A stretch of DNA of 62,991 nt, filler included, from Octopus bimaculoides (lineage: Eukaryota): NCBI RefSeq assembly GCF_001194135.2. It is 9 parts of 7 records of this genome, joined end to end, with 100 filler letters (N's around TTAATTAATTAA, not from the genome) between each part and the next. Parts side by side here need not be neighbours in the genome. Positions count along the whole stretch, not along the records: positions 1 to 8,042 come from NC_068997.1; positions 8,143 to 20,310 come from NC_068999.1; 7 more parts are not named here. One strand, written 5' to 3'. The notes under the pieces were generated by a model. It ran no database searches. It was given only the letters and a program-made list of their open reading frames with translations, and was not told where the DNA came from. Shown here piece after piece: positions 1-10,671 of this stretch. Made by a program: the position numbers and the translations under genes. The stretch's first letter is position 1. Every line of letters starts with the position of its first letter.

Positions 1-258
1 TACAGCATTAGCAGCCACAAACGTACGGAATCTTGACCAGTAATCAGACCATAGTTCTGTCGTAGAATCAAATGCTGCAAATGGTGGAATCGACACTGTT
101 GTTGAAGCAGCTGAAAAATAGCCACTAGAATCGCCTTCAACTTGTCGAGCACCAAACAGTTTTAACAGAGCGTCCATATCTCTCTGATGTTGTTGCATTT
201 GCTTGTCCATTTGTTCCCTAAACAATTTAATAAGTTCTACTGTCTGTTTTTCAGCCAT
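1..258 (-). mobile_element. LTR retrotransposon (Ty3/gypsy-like) gag N-terminus, running off the left edge of the window
   Basis: ATG at 258, open to base 1: MAEKQTVELIKLFREQMDKQMQQHQRDMDALLKLFG...IPPFAAFDSTTELWSDYWSRFRTFVAANAV. The PPF..FD...W..Y..RF..F..AN pattern is typical of gypsy-type gag. A PBS-like TGGCGTCGCC lies upstream (minus strand, starting at 334). Confidence 0.75.
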
Positions 259-316
259 TGTTATTACGATGAATAATTTTACGGTAAAGTAAGCATGTAT
301 CCTATCGGCCCTATCG

Positions 317-334
317 ATCCTATCGGCGACGCCA
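317..334 (-). promoter_or_regulatory. Putative primer-binding site of the LTR element
   Basis: TGGCGTCGCCGATAGG begins with TGG (complement of tRNA CCA), 76 nt upstream of the gag ATG. LTR boundaries not resolved. Confidence 0.45.
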
Positions 335-1262
335 ATAGGTACACTAAAGTATCCTTTGAAACAGTTAGGAGTTGTGACAGTGAATAAAAATCTTTCAGTT
401 GACATAGAAGTTTCTCCATGTGTTAAAAGCCGTATTTTTTGTCAGTACTGATGTAGCCCACTGTTATAGGAAGCACTTGAAGAATATGAGGTTATGAGCT
501 TCGGTTACTTTAGGAAAATTGTTTCAGTCATCTACTGAACTGATTCAGATGAGTCAGGAATGGATCACAATTGCATTGGTAATGTTAAAATAGTGGAACT
601 CCGACCAGTTAGCTAACATGATATGCTATAGAAAGTTTGGAATGCAATACTAGAAGTATGTGAATGCATGGTAAGTAACTTTAAGTAGTGGATAGGCCAG
701 CCAATAGAAGCAGAGACGATGGTAGTTTGATAAATGTTGAGTTTAGGTGTTTAGCATGCCTGTGTATCAGTACGTAATACTAGAAATATCTAGTAAGATA
801 TCCAGTTTGGCAAATTTAAATAGCTGCAGCAAATAGTTATAAAAACTCAAGATATATACAAATGTTTCGCAAGAGTACTAGAAAATATATCAAATAACCA
901 GATGATTTCTCTTTTGCAATCACTGACATTAAGGAGATGGAAATTAATACATAATTTGATTCTAAATTTCATCAGCGAAAATTGATCGGGAAGACATTGC
1001 GATCATCTGCATAATCGACAAATTAAAATCTAAGCTTCAAACTAAAACTATACAGTAAACGATAACAAACGATAAGACAGCATGCAAAGGTGAAACCCAA
1101 AGAAAGAGAGAAAGCTTTTTCACATGACAGCTGGTTGCGATCTTCCTACATAAAAAGTAATTATTAGATAAAATCCATATATTTATAAAGGAAATGTAAG
1201 TTGATTGATGCTTATTTTATCGACAGGATAACAAGTAGGGTATAAATTTAAATTGTCTTGAT

Positions 1263-3429
1263 CAAAGGTCGGCAACCTACGGTCCGTGAAGGGATTTTGA
1301 CCGGCCTGTGAGAACTGATGCCCAATGAGTTGTTTATTTAAAATTTAAATTTATTGTAATATGAGAGACGAGACTGTTGAATACAATAAAAGGCCTGTTG
1401 TTACATTCTTCCACAAATCTTCTGATTCCCTTTACCTAATATCCACCACCAACCGGATGTGAATGCTTTGACAGCAAAAACACAATTAAAAATTCTTTGC
1501 ATACGTAGGGCTCCGCACATCATTTCCGCTCACACAGCACAAAAATAATAACAATAATAACAATACGATTCCGAAACATTTCTACCCAATCACCACCACT
1601 CCCGCGTAAAAAAATAAAACAAAAAATTGAGAGCCGACTTGAGCCTGCCGACGCCGACGGACATAAAAAGACTTCAACTTTTACTGATTTATTTCATTAT
1701 TGTATTTTTTCAAATAATTCATTTGTCATCGTTTAAAATCTCATGTTTCTTCTTGTTCTCCTTACCACCATACGCTTACCTATTTCCGCCTTTATCATCA
1801 TGATCATTATCATTATCGCCCACATTATACAAGTTATTCGCCATAACCAAACGAGGCTTTCGAATACGATAAAAGATCTGCCATTAAAAAAAGTAGAATT
1901 ATTCGGATGCAAAATTTTAAGTTTGAATTTTAATTTTATTCGTAAGAAAATATTTCGATGACCATGAATGCAAAACGAAGAAAAGTAGATGCTGAATGCC
2001 GAATTTTCCAAGAAACTTGAACATTAGATTCGTTCTTCATTGAGCGCAGTGGAAACCCAATTTGTCTCGTGTTTCTATAAAGCATTGCTGTGAATAAGGT
2101 AACAAATATTAGGCGACATTATGAGATGCACCATTGTGAAAATTTTAGGACATTTACTGGACAAGCAAGGAAAGATGAAGTTGAGTAGTTGAAGTCTAGT
2201 TTTGGAAAACAAACGTCATTTTTTTAAAAACAGAAAAGGCGAAAATGTGGCAAATACAATTGCCAGCTATGAGGTCTCAAAACGCATCGCTGAAAAGATG
2301 AGACCTTTTATTGGCAGTGTTAGATATTGTTTCTCCAGAAATTTTTTTTTTATTTGAAACTATCAGCCTGACTCCAAGAACGGTCACATGGTGGGTTGAA
2401 GAACTGTCAGCAGTTGTTAAAAATCAATTAATCAACGCCTGAATTGAATTACAATATTTTTCAATTGCAATCGATGAGAGTACAGACGTAAGTGACACTG
2501 CACAACTTGTCATAGTGCGAGGAGTGACTTCAACTTTTCAAATCTTTGAAGAATTTATTCACCTAATTCCTATGAAGGAAACCATAACCGGAGCAGACAT
2601 CTTTAAAGCTTTGTAGAAACTGATATCAGAAATGAAGTTTGATTTTTTGAAGCTAATTGACACCACAACTGATAGTGCCCCAATAATAGTAGGACAAAAA
2701 AGGCTTTGTTGCACTACTGCAAAAACATGTAGAAAGCCTTGGAATAACACACAAACTTGTTAAAATTCATTGCATTATCCATCAAGAGATATTGTGTGCC
2801 AAGTCTTTGAAATTTAAGAATGCTATGGATATTGTTGTAAAGGCCATGAATCTGATTTTATCTCGTGGATTAAATCATCGTCAATTTAAACAGATTTTGC
2901 TAGATACTGAGGCAGAATATGGTGACCTTGCTTATTTCATTGATTGAATTCTATGCAAAATATATTTTCCCAGGTGAGAACTTAGTGAACCATTTGGAAG
3001 CACTTATCAATGTGAGCAGTTATTTTCCAAATTGAAGCAAACTGAGAACAATTTGAGATCAAGGTTAACTGATAATCACCTTCATAATATCTTGTTCCTT
3101 GCATCAGCAAGTTTGAAGTCTAATATTGAGAAGCTTTCAAGGAACAAAAAACATCAAGTTTCCCATTAAATTTTTGGCTACTATGTATTTTAAAGATTTT
3201 TTTTAAAACAAATGATTCCCACGATGTCTTAAATTGAATAAATAATGTTTTTCCATTCCTACATTCATTTGTGGTTAATACAAATTATTTTTAAGTATAG
3301 TCAACACTCATGATTAAATTTTAGCTTGTGTAATTTTCCATAATTATTCTTTTATGGCCTTCGTCCGGCCCGCTATCCGTTATTAATACTCGATCCGGCC
3401 TGTGGAGGCAAAGAAGTTGCCGACCCCTG
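1263..3429 (+). mobile_element. hAT DNA transposon (SPIN/GTF2IRD2-like), internally deleted and degraded
   Basis: TIRs CAAAGGTCGGCAAC (1263) and GTTGCCGACCCCTG (ends 3429). TSD degenerate (gtcttgat / atattgtg). Confidence 0.9.
1964..3169 (+). pseudogene. hAT transposase pseudogene
   Basis: MNAKRRKVDAECRIFQE..NIRRHYEMHH; FSIAIDESTDVSDTAQL; FHCIIHQE; NLILSRGLNHRQF; FGSTYQCEQLFSKLK..RSRLTDNHL..QVSH*. Multiple stops and frameshifts, and a large deletion between the last two blocks. Confidence 0.9.
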
Positions 3430-3708
3430 ATATTGTGACAAGGCTGGTTTGCAGGCGTTTTGATAAATGCATGTTTGGATAAATAAATGATATTAGTCAA
3501 TAATGAATACCGAAACTCTGGAATTGATTAACAGATGACTGTTGGGGCGGTGGTAGAGTAACTGAGCTCCAGTTAAGCATATGGGTGGAGGGGCATTGTT
3601 GAATATATAAATAAAAATATGAAAAAGTATACAAGAAATAATAATATAGAGATAAAAATAATGAAACAAAAAATGGGTAATTTAAAATATTTGAAAATAA
3701 CTCTAGAA

Positions 3709-4530
3709 CAGTGTCTGCCAATCGTTTTTACTTTGCGACACACTACGATACACCAAATAAAAATCCCAGCAAAATTGAATATTCTTTATTAGTATGAATA
3801 AAAATAAATAAATTCTTATAGTAACAATAAAATAACATTGTTTTATGGATATATATATATGATACAATAATGATATTTTTAGTGAGAAGGATGCAATTGA
3901 TTTTGAGAAGGAATTTTGTCAAAACGCGGCTCTAGATTAGATAAACAAATACCTAGCTCCTCATCTACCATCTGTAATCGTTCCGGATTTTTTACTTTAT
4001 TTCCATAAGCGCAGAGATACATAATTCGCAAAGATATGATGATCCAAAGGGCAACAGAGATTTAACGGCAGTAGTAGCTAATCGAGGATATTGGCTCCAA
4101 AGCGAAATCCAAAATTTTGACAATTCTAGCACAGAAAACGAGGCTTTATGCACAGGATCGTTTTTCAAGTTTATTAATTTTCTTATTCTGTTAATGTTAA
4201 TGGCAGGCGAGTACTGTCGTATCTTGTGAAAGGATTGATGACCCACTCGTACGTTTGGTAATCAAGTGATCGAAAATATATAGAAAATGATATAGAAAGG
4301 TTTTCTAATGTCTTCTGCACTTCTGACAAAATCTTTAATTTGCTTGGAAAAACCTCTACGCCTGAGAAACAATCAAGCTGCGAGTTTTTAACTTGCCTTA
4401 TCCACAGTTGTAACTTGTCGGTGAAACACTAATTTGCCTGTAACTGTAATAATATTTTCGTCGATTCTTTGCATGCTCAATATAGCATTTGACACATTAC
4501 TGCGAAATGAACTGAAAGGGACCAAACAAA
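3709..4530 (-). mobile_element. hAT (Buster/Charlie, ZBED5/8-like) 3' portion with transposase C-terminus
   Basis: FWISLWSQYPRLATTAVKSLLPFGSSYLCELCISALMEIK (dimerisation domain). Terminus CAGTGTCTGCCAA at 3709 is preceded by CTCTAGAA, the nTCTAGAn target typical of this group. Confidence 0.8.
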
Positions 4531-4709
4531 ACATACAAGCATTTACAACTTATGTGAGGAAGAAGTGGAGGATAAACAGAGATCAGTTGGCTGTGAGTTG
4601 TGCCATGCTNNNNNNNNNNNNNNNNNNNNNNNNNNNNNNNNNNNNNNNNNNNNNNNNNNNNNNNNNNNNNNNNNNNNNNNNNNNNNNNNNNNNNNNNNNN
4701 NNNNNNNNN

Positions 4710-5470
4710 AGCAACCCAAACCGATGAAAAGAGTACTAACAAATGCTAAACTATACACATCAACCACGAAACCAATAGTTAAAATATGTGGATGCCCAAA
4801 CTGTGGAACATGCCTCCAACCTACTGGAAGACTCGGAATTCCACTTCAAATAAAGAAAGAGGTTCACAATTAAGACCAGCTTTACTTGTGCATCCGACAA
4901 TTTAATTTATAACTTGTTATAACTTTGCGCAGAGGCGGTACCATAGCCAATGAGGGTTATCCGAGGCATGGTTATTGCTAGTTGAGAACTTGCTCAGGTT
5001 GTGGACAAGTATGTCACTTAAACAGAGAACCACACTGCATAAGGAACAGATCCGTTTCCCAAGAATAGAGAGATTCCTTTGAGTGAACACATAGAGAGAT
5101 GTGCCGGGAATCTCCAACTAAATTTCACGGTTTTCCCCATCTACCAGTGCAAGGAAACAATTTCTCTACCAGAACATTTAAATAAAGAAAATTTATTTAT
5201 CGAAAAATACAGAACACGCCTAAATATGAACGCATAACTAACTTTATATACTCTAATCCATGATCGCATGTCCACCACTGTACATATTTCATCTCACTAC
5301 TTTAGCTCATGTGTTCATATATATTAATTTATCCCACACAAAAGATGAGCAATTACTTCTGTCCCGAAGAATAGCAATCACTAATTACCTTCCCTTAGAT
5401 TTTTCTACTTGCTGATTCATTCACAAACTTTCATACAAGAACATGGGCTAAAAACTTAATAAGAAAATAC
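4710..5470 (+). mobile_element. Penelope-like element, GIY-YIG endonuclease region and 3' UTR (degraded)
   Basis: QPKPMKRVLTNAK..VKICGCPNCGTC..TSFTCASDNLIY..HKEQIRFP..IPLSEHIERCAG..IEKY..LNMNA* (stop 5235-5237). Same family as 21490-22360. Confidence 0.8.
4921..4991 (+). pseudogene. U4: U4 snRNA 5' fragment (nt 1-71), 3'-truncated retrocopy
   Basis: AACTTTGCGCAGAGGCGGTACCATAGCCAATGAGGGTTATCCGAGGCATGGTTATTGCTAGTTGAGAACTT matches human U4 nt 1-71 (recalled from memory) at about 60/71 positions. Compensatory changes in the 5' stem-loop (ACCAT/ATGGT versus ATCGT/GCGAT). No Sm site. Confidence 0.9.
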
Positions 5471-5792
5471 GAAATCACAATCATTTCAAGGTCGTGGTTA
5501 GCGAAATAATATTGTTTATATGTGTGTGAATTGAACCGATTGTTGGTTTTAAGGTGTGATCTAAAATAAAAATAAGATTTTCTTTATACATATTATTAGT
5601 TGTTAAATACTCTGAATTTCTTAAAATTCTACAAAAGTATTGTTGGATTAACCTGTCGTGCATGAGGATTTAACTGGGATTTGTATTCTACTTTAACTTT
5701 ATTTAAAGTAGAATACAAATTTAACTTTATTCCTTTATTTAAGTGTTTAATTGATATCTGCCAGGATTTTTAAAATCATATATTTCTCTCTC

Positions 5793-5847
<55 letters not shown>

Positions 5848-6499
5848 TAAAATGAAAGACGGAAGATAGAATATACCAGAATGTATTATTAATCACGACA
5901 ATTGTCTCGACACATCTAGCGTCGATCCCTCATGGTGGGACACTCAACAACTGGTTCAGGAGTATCCGGTGATGCAGATGTATCTCATCGGGTGATAAAT
6001 AAATACAACTTGTTAAAATAACAGTTCTGCAATGTAACTTCTCGTTTTGTAGAAAGAAAAGCAACCAGACGGAAATATCTTCATTTATATAGAAGATCAA
6101 AAATAAAATCACAGATGGCAAAAGGAGAAACGAACACACAATCCAGCGAGAAAAGTATTAAAAATAACCGTTAACAAATATAGATGTATAAACGCCCTCG
6201 GGCAAGCTGCATGACGCGAGTACACTCGCTTATACAGGGATCCACAAAAATGTGAGCATATGCACGCGTTAGATTTGGTGCACTCATGATCACAAAGCGA
6301 GTTAACTATCTACTTTGTGTTTGTAAGAATGGGAAGGTTAAAAGTAAACTTAAGTCATCTCTACCTTAAAGTAAATAAAATTATGTTAACGGTTACTCAA
6401 AATTCATTCCCACTGCATTGTGCGAAAGTACATTTATATGCGTGTAGGCATCTCGAGAGTCGTTCAGAAATTCTATTAATGATCTTCTTGTTAGTCCAT

Positions 6500-6680
6500 A
6501 GAATAGACAGGGATTCCTCGGAGCAGAGACGGCATCTCCTGAAAATTATACCGTATATTTTTCCTATGCCTTTTTAACTGTCTTTTGCTACTTCTGTCCA
6601 GAAATAATAAGGCGTCATCCCTATATAGACCTCCTGTTACTTCCGGAAAGGAAGACTGGATTAATAAAAGGATATATATA
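6500..6680 (-). mobile_element. Penelope-like RT fragment
   Basis: FPEVTGGLYRDDALLFLDRSSKRQL contains the GLYRDD catalytic motif of PLE (Neptune-type) RTs. Confidence 0.7.
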
Positions 6681-7079
6681 TATATATAGGTCAGTGATCC
6701 GAGCAGAATCATATGAACCCATTGCTATATCAAGTGCATTCTCCCTATCGAATCTACTCCATAATCTACCATCGAAATCTACTAGAGTGGATCGTACGGC
6801 AAGTTTAGTATCTATTTGGCGTCAGCACAAATCGGAACTTTTCATGCTAAAAATCACGACTTGATTAAGAACGATCGCGTTAATATATAAAGTATATCTA
6901 AAGTAACCGTGCTTTACCAGTAAATTACCAAGTGCAAACCATTCGTTTTAGTATTCATTATATATATAATTTAAATAATTTGGGAAAATGAATTTCTAAA
7001 TCAATCAGGTACAACCCTTCACCATTACATGCATCTGCAAATCGTACCTTGGGGTTTTATTTATCATATATTTATATAT

Positions 7080-7600
7080 TTATCTAGAAATATACAAAGT
7101 ATCTAATAAAGTCAGAATCCGGGGTACCCATGGTTGTCCCGGATTTTGCCCAGGTTACCGATCTTGTAGGTTTATATATCTTATCAGAACTAGAAATAGA
7201 ATTTACAAATATAGAGGGTGGTCTTTATAGGGATGACCTACTACTTATAACCAGGAACTGTACCAATAGGTCATTAAGAAGAAAATGTACAAGTTCTTTA
7301 AGAATAATGGCCTAGGGATATCTATAGAGAACGAGCATTATGCAGTAAATTATCTAGACGTCAACTTTAATCTAATCACTAATAAGATCCACTGAAAGAA
7401 AACCTAAAGTACATTAGTTCTTTAAATAACCATCCTAGATCAGTTAAAGAAGCTTTAATAGATAATATAGGCAAAAGAATATCTATGCTATCCTCAGATT
7501 ATGACACTTTTATTAAACATGCCCAATATTATAGTAAAGCATTAAAAGAAGCAGGATATAACTCTAATATAAAATTCTATAGTTATTAGGAACACATTAA
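7080..7600 (+). mobile_element. Penelope-like (Neptune-type) RT/thumb fragment
   Basis: GVPMVVPDFAQVTDLVGLYILSEL..GGLYRDDLLLI; VNYLDVNFNL; NNHPRSVK..IGKRISMLSSD..YSKALKEAGY. Frameshifted. Confidence 0.8.
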
Positions 7601-7606
7601 TAATAT

Positions 7607-7607
<1 letters not shown>

Positions 7608-7637
<30 letters not shown>

Positions 7638-7682
7638 AAGGAGAAGAAGAAGAAGAAGAAGAAGAAGAAGAAGAAGAAGAAG
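7608..7682. repeat. (AAG)n microsatellite
   Basis: Direct inspection. Confidence 0.95.
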
Positions 7683-7777
7683 ACTACACCGGGGATGTAA
7701 GACTACACCGAGGATGTGAAGACTACACCGGGGATGTGAAGACTACACCGGGGATGTGAAGACTACACCGGGGATGT
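7681..7777. repeat. Five tandem copies of a ~20-bp unit (GACTACACCGGGGATGTGAA)
   Basis: Direct inspection. The unit contains the terminal 13 nt of the adjacent repeat element. Confidence 0.95.
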
Positions 7778-8042
7778 TTAACATGTGAGAACGATAAATC
7801 ACTGCTCCGAAATTTATCCAAAAACATCGGAAATAAAGACATCGCATGGAGCCAAAAAATAGCTGACAAAGGGTTGGACTATATCCGAGTAAGTAATACT
7901 CATTGAAATTTATTGGTTTGATTTTGATGTAACACGTGTGTTTACGATCGCTGTGCGGGTAGTGGAGGTATCAAGTTAAAATACATCATTATATTTGGAA
8001 AGATAGAAATAAATTTCAATGAGTATTACTTACTCGGATATA
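7765..8042. mobile_element. PLE-type terminal segment with internal inversion (same family as 56450-56812)
   Basis: 7765-7914 is the reverse complement of ~56660-56812; 7915-8042 matches ~56572-56700 directly. Perfect 35-bp inverted repeat 7880-7914 / 8008-8042, cut by the gap. Confidence 0.75.
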
Positions 8043-8142
8043 NNNNNNNNNNNNNNNNNNNNNNNNNNNNNNNNNNNNNNNNNNNNTTAATTAATTAANN
8101 NNNNNNNNNNNNNNNNNNNNNNNNNNNNNNNNNNNNNNNNNN

Positions 8143-8199
<57 letters not shown>

Positions 8200-8458
8200 G
8201 TGTATGTTGCAGTTTTTTATTTTTTTTTATTTTTATCTTCATTATTTACTGATCATGTAGAAATAGTTGTCTGTGTGAAATCCAATACATCAGCACGTGA
8301 TTCTTGCATGCAGAAGTGTCCAAAGACATCCAGCCAGAGTCTCCAGCATATGACTGGTTTATACCCTGGCCTTCACTGGCTCAGCATACAAAAAGCAAGT
8401 GTCAAGGTGCCAAGATGACACACGGTTTTATAAATATATATATATAATATATAGGCAG
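8200..8458 (-). other. SELENOT: SELENOT terminal non-coding exon (3' UTR)
   Basis: Acceptor ttttctttttttaattccag ends at 8459; the exon contains the SECIS; AATAAA signals at 8226-8231 and 8216-8221 (minus strand). The 3' end is approximate. Confidence 0.75.
8304..8392 (-). promoter_or_regulatory. SECIS element, type II, GUGA variant
   Basis: G-UGAA (8376-8372) / GGAU (8331-8328) non-Watson-Crick quartet; helix II GGCCAGGGU/ACUCUGGCU (9 bp); unpaired AAA; apical mini-helix CCAG/CUGG; helix I CCA/UGG plus UUGUAUGC/GCAUGCAA. Confidence 0.9.
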
Positions 8459-8671
8459 CTGGAATTAAAAAAGAAAATAAATATATTGATTTTGTTAAAT
8501 AAACAAATGATTGCTATGACAGTTTCAACATGAATTCAAAAGGTGTGGACAGGATGCAGGATTTTAAACTGTAGGTCACCCCTGATAAATAAGCAACCTT
8601 TTTTTATTTTTCAAAGGAATTCATGCCATAAGCATTGCATCTATTTCTTGAATTTTTTTTTTTCTGCAGAC

Positions 8672-9003
8672 AGGTGCATGTATAGCTGTGTACTAAGAAG
8701 CTTGCTTCCCAAGCACATGGTTCTGGGTTCAGTCCCACTGTATGGCACCTTCAGCAAGTGTCTTCTACTATAGCTTCAGGCCGACCAAAGCCTCATGAGT
8801 GGATTTGATAGTCAAAAAATGGAAGCCAGTTGTGTGTGTGTGTGTGTGTGTGTGTTGTGTTTGTCCCCCATTGCCACTTGACAACTGGTGTTGGTGTGTT
8901 CCCATAACTTAGCACTTTGGCAAAAGAGACCAATAGAATAAGTATTAGGCTTAAAAAATAAATTCCTGAGGTCGATTTGTTTGACTACAACTTTTTCAAG
9001 GGG
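8672..9003 (+). mobile_element. tRNA-derived SINE (CORE-like family, abundant in this window)
   Basis: Head ..GGTTCAGTCCCACTG..GGCACC..GCAAGTGTCTTCTACTATAGC, internal (TG)n and the family tail. Homologous to the copy at 40172-40590. Confidence 0.8.
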
Positions 9004-9922
9004 GTGTTCATATGTGGAAGATGCACAGGATCCATAAGAACTATAGAGATTCAGGAAATTGATTTTCTCAATTGCCCTAGTGGTTCATTAGAGGTAGTAG
9101 ATAATTTCTGCTGCCTCAGAGACCAAATTAGTAATGGGGGAGGATGCATGGAGAGAGTGATAGCCAGAATAAGAATAGAATAGAGGAAATTCAGAGAGCT
9201 GTTACCTCTGTTGGCTACGAAAGGTTTCTCTCTCCAAGTGAAAGGGAGACTGTCTGATGCAAGCATAGAGACAGCAATTCTAGATGGTAGTGACACATGG
9301 GCCCTGAACAAAGAGGAAAAGCGAAGGTTAGAAAGGAATGAGGCTAGTATGCTCTGCTGAAAGCATAATGGAAGCGTACATGTACAGCAGAGTACTAGTG
9401 TTTTGAGAGAGAAATTAAGCATAAGAGAAATTAATTGTTGTGTGTAAGGGAGAAGACTGCACTGGTTTGGTCATGTGATGTAGATGGATGCTGACAGCAT
9501 GAAGTGCTGATCTCTCAAAGTAGATGGAACATGTGGAAGTGGGAGACCCATGAAGACATGGGACGAAGTACTGGGAGAACGACCTCAGTACGCTGAACCT
9601 TCCAGGTGAGATGAAAAAGGACCTAGATGCCTGGTGCCTTGCTGTATTCAAGAAGAACTGTACTCTTCCACTGGTGGTAAGAATTGACCGGCAAGAGTCC
9701 TGTGCCAATGCCATGTAAAAGCGCCTGCGCAATGTCCTGTAAAAGCACCCATGCAATACCACATAAAAGCACTCAGCACACTCTGTAAAGTGGTTGGCAT
9801 TAGGAAGGGCATCCAGATGTAGAAACTAAGCTGTGTCAAATCAGACTGAAGTCTGGTGCAGCTCCCCAGACCTGGTCAAACCGTCCAACCCATACCAGAA
9901 GGACAATGGACGTTAAATGATT
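9004..9922 (+). mobile_element. RTE-clade LINE 3' end (RT C-terminus and tail), degraded
   Basis: LEVVDNFCCLRDQISNGGGC..ARIRI..KFRELLPLL..KGRL..DTWAL..RRLERNEASM..RRLHWFGHV..GRPMKTW; tail ends GGACGTTAAATGA. Confidence 0.85.
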
Positions 9923-10565
9923 ATCGTTTAACGTCCACTTTCCATGCGTCAGGATCCAGTCTGACTTGGCATGGTTTTTCTATGGCTGGATGCACTCCCT
10001 AATGCCAACCACTCTGAGAGTGTAATGGGTGTTTTTATATGTCAGCGGTACGGGTGCCATTTGCACGACACAGGTATCTTCTAGGATTGCAATTTTGCTC
10101 GGCTTGATGGGTCTTCTTCTCAAGCACAACATAATACCAAAGGTCCTGGTCATTGCCTCCGTGAGGTCCAACACTCAAAAGGAGCTCAGCTACTTTGCTT
10201 CTGTGAGGCCCAACATTCAAATGTTGATTTTTTTTACGTGTCACCAGCATGGGTGCACTTGGCTTGACGAGTCCTCTTAAGCAGAGCACATCACCAAAGG
10301 TCTTGGTTACTAGTCATTGCCTCTGTGAGGTTCAAAGTTCGAAGGTCATGCTTCACCACCTCGTCCCATGTCTTCCTGGGTCTGCCTACCTCTACCACAG
10401 GTTCCCTCCACACTTAGAGATCAGCACTTCTTTACACAACTCTCCTCGTCCATACGCATCACAACTATAGACAGTGCAGTAGTCTCTCCTGCACACAGCA
10501 TCTGATTCCTCTTATGCTTAAACTTTCTCTCAAGATGCTTACACTCAGTCGAACAAACACACTGA
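9923..10565 (-). mobile_element. RTE-clade LINE 3' end, tail-to-tail with the preceding copy
   Basis: Starts TCGTTTAACGTCC (reverse tail), has the GGATG..CCCTAATGCCAACCACTCTG block, then reverse RT 3' sequence (ccatgtcttcctgggtctgcc = GRPRKTW). Confidence 0.8.
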
Positions 10566-10671
10566 CACTGCATATCCAAAGAATGAATTCACAGCTCCTA
10601 ACAAAGGACAGATTAAAATAATAAGAGATGGACATAAGTCTAGTGAGTTGTTTCTTACCTTGAGATAGAAA

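Noticed and set aside
336-860. 5' LTR of the gypsy-like element
   Set aside because: Position fits, but there are no matching TG..CA ends, poly(A) signal or second LTR in the window to fix the boundaries.
7681-7777. Regular short repeats superficially resembling a CRISPR array
   Set aside because: Head-to-tail tandem units with no unique spacers, in a eukaryotic context with no cas genes.
8087-8098. TTAATTAATTAA between N runs, recurring eight times (also near 20356, 28377, 35818, 45514, 52341, 56394, 61325)
   Set aside because: Always embedded in N padding; an assembly spacer with stops in all frames, not biology.
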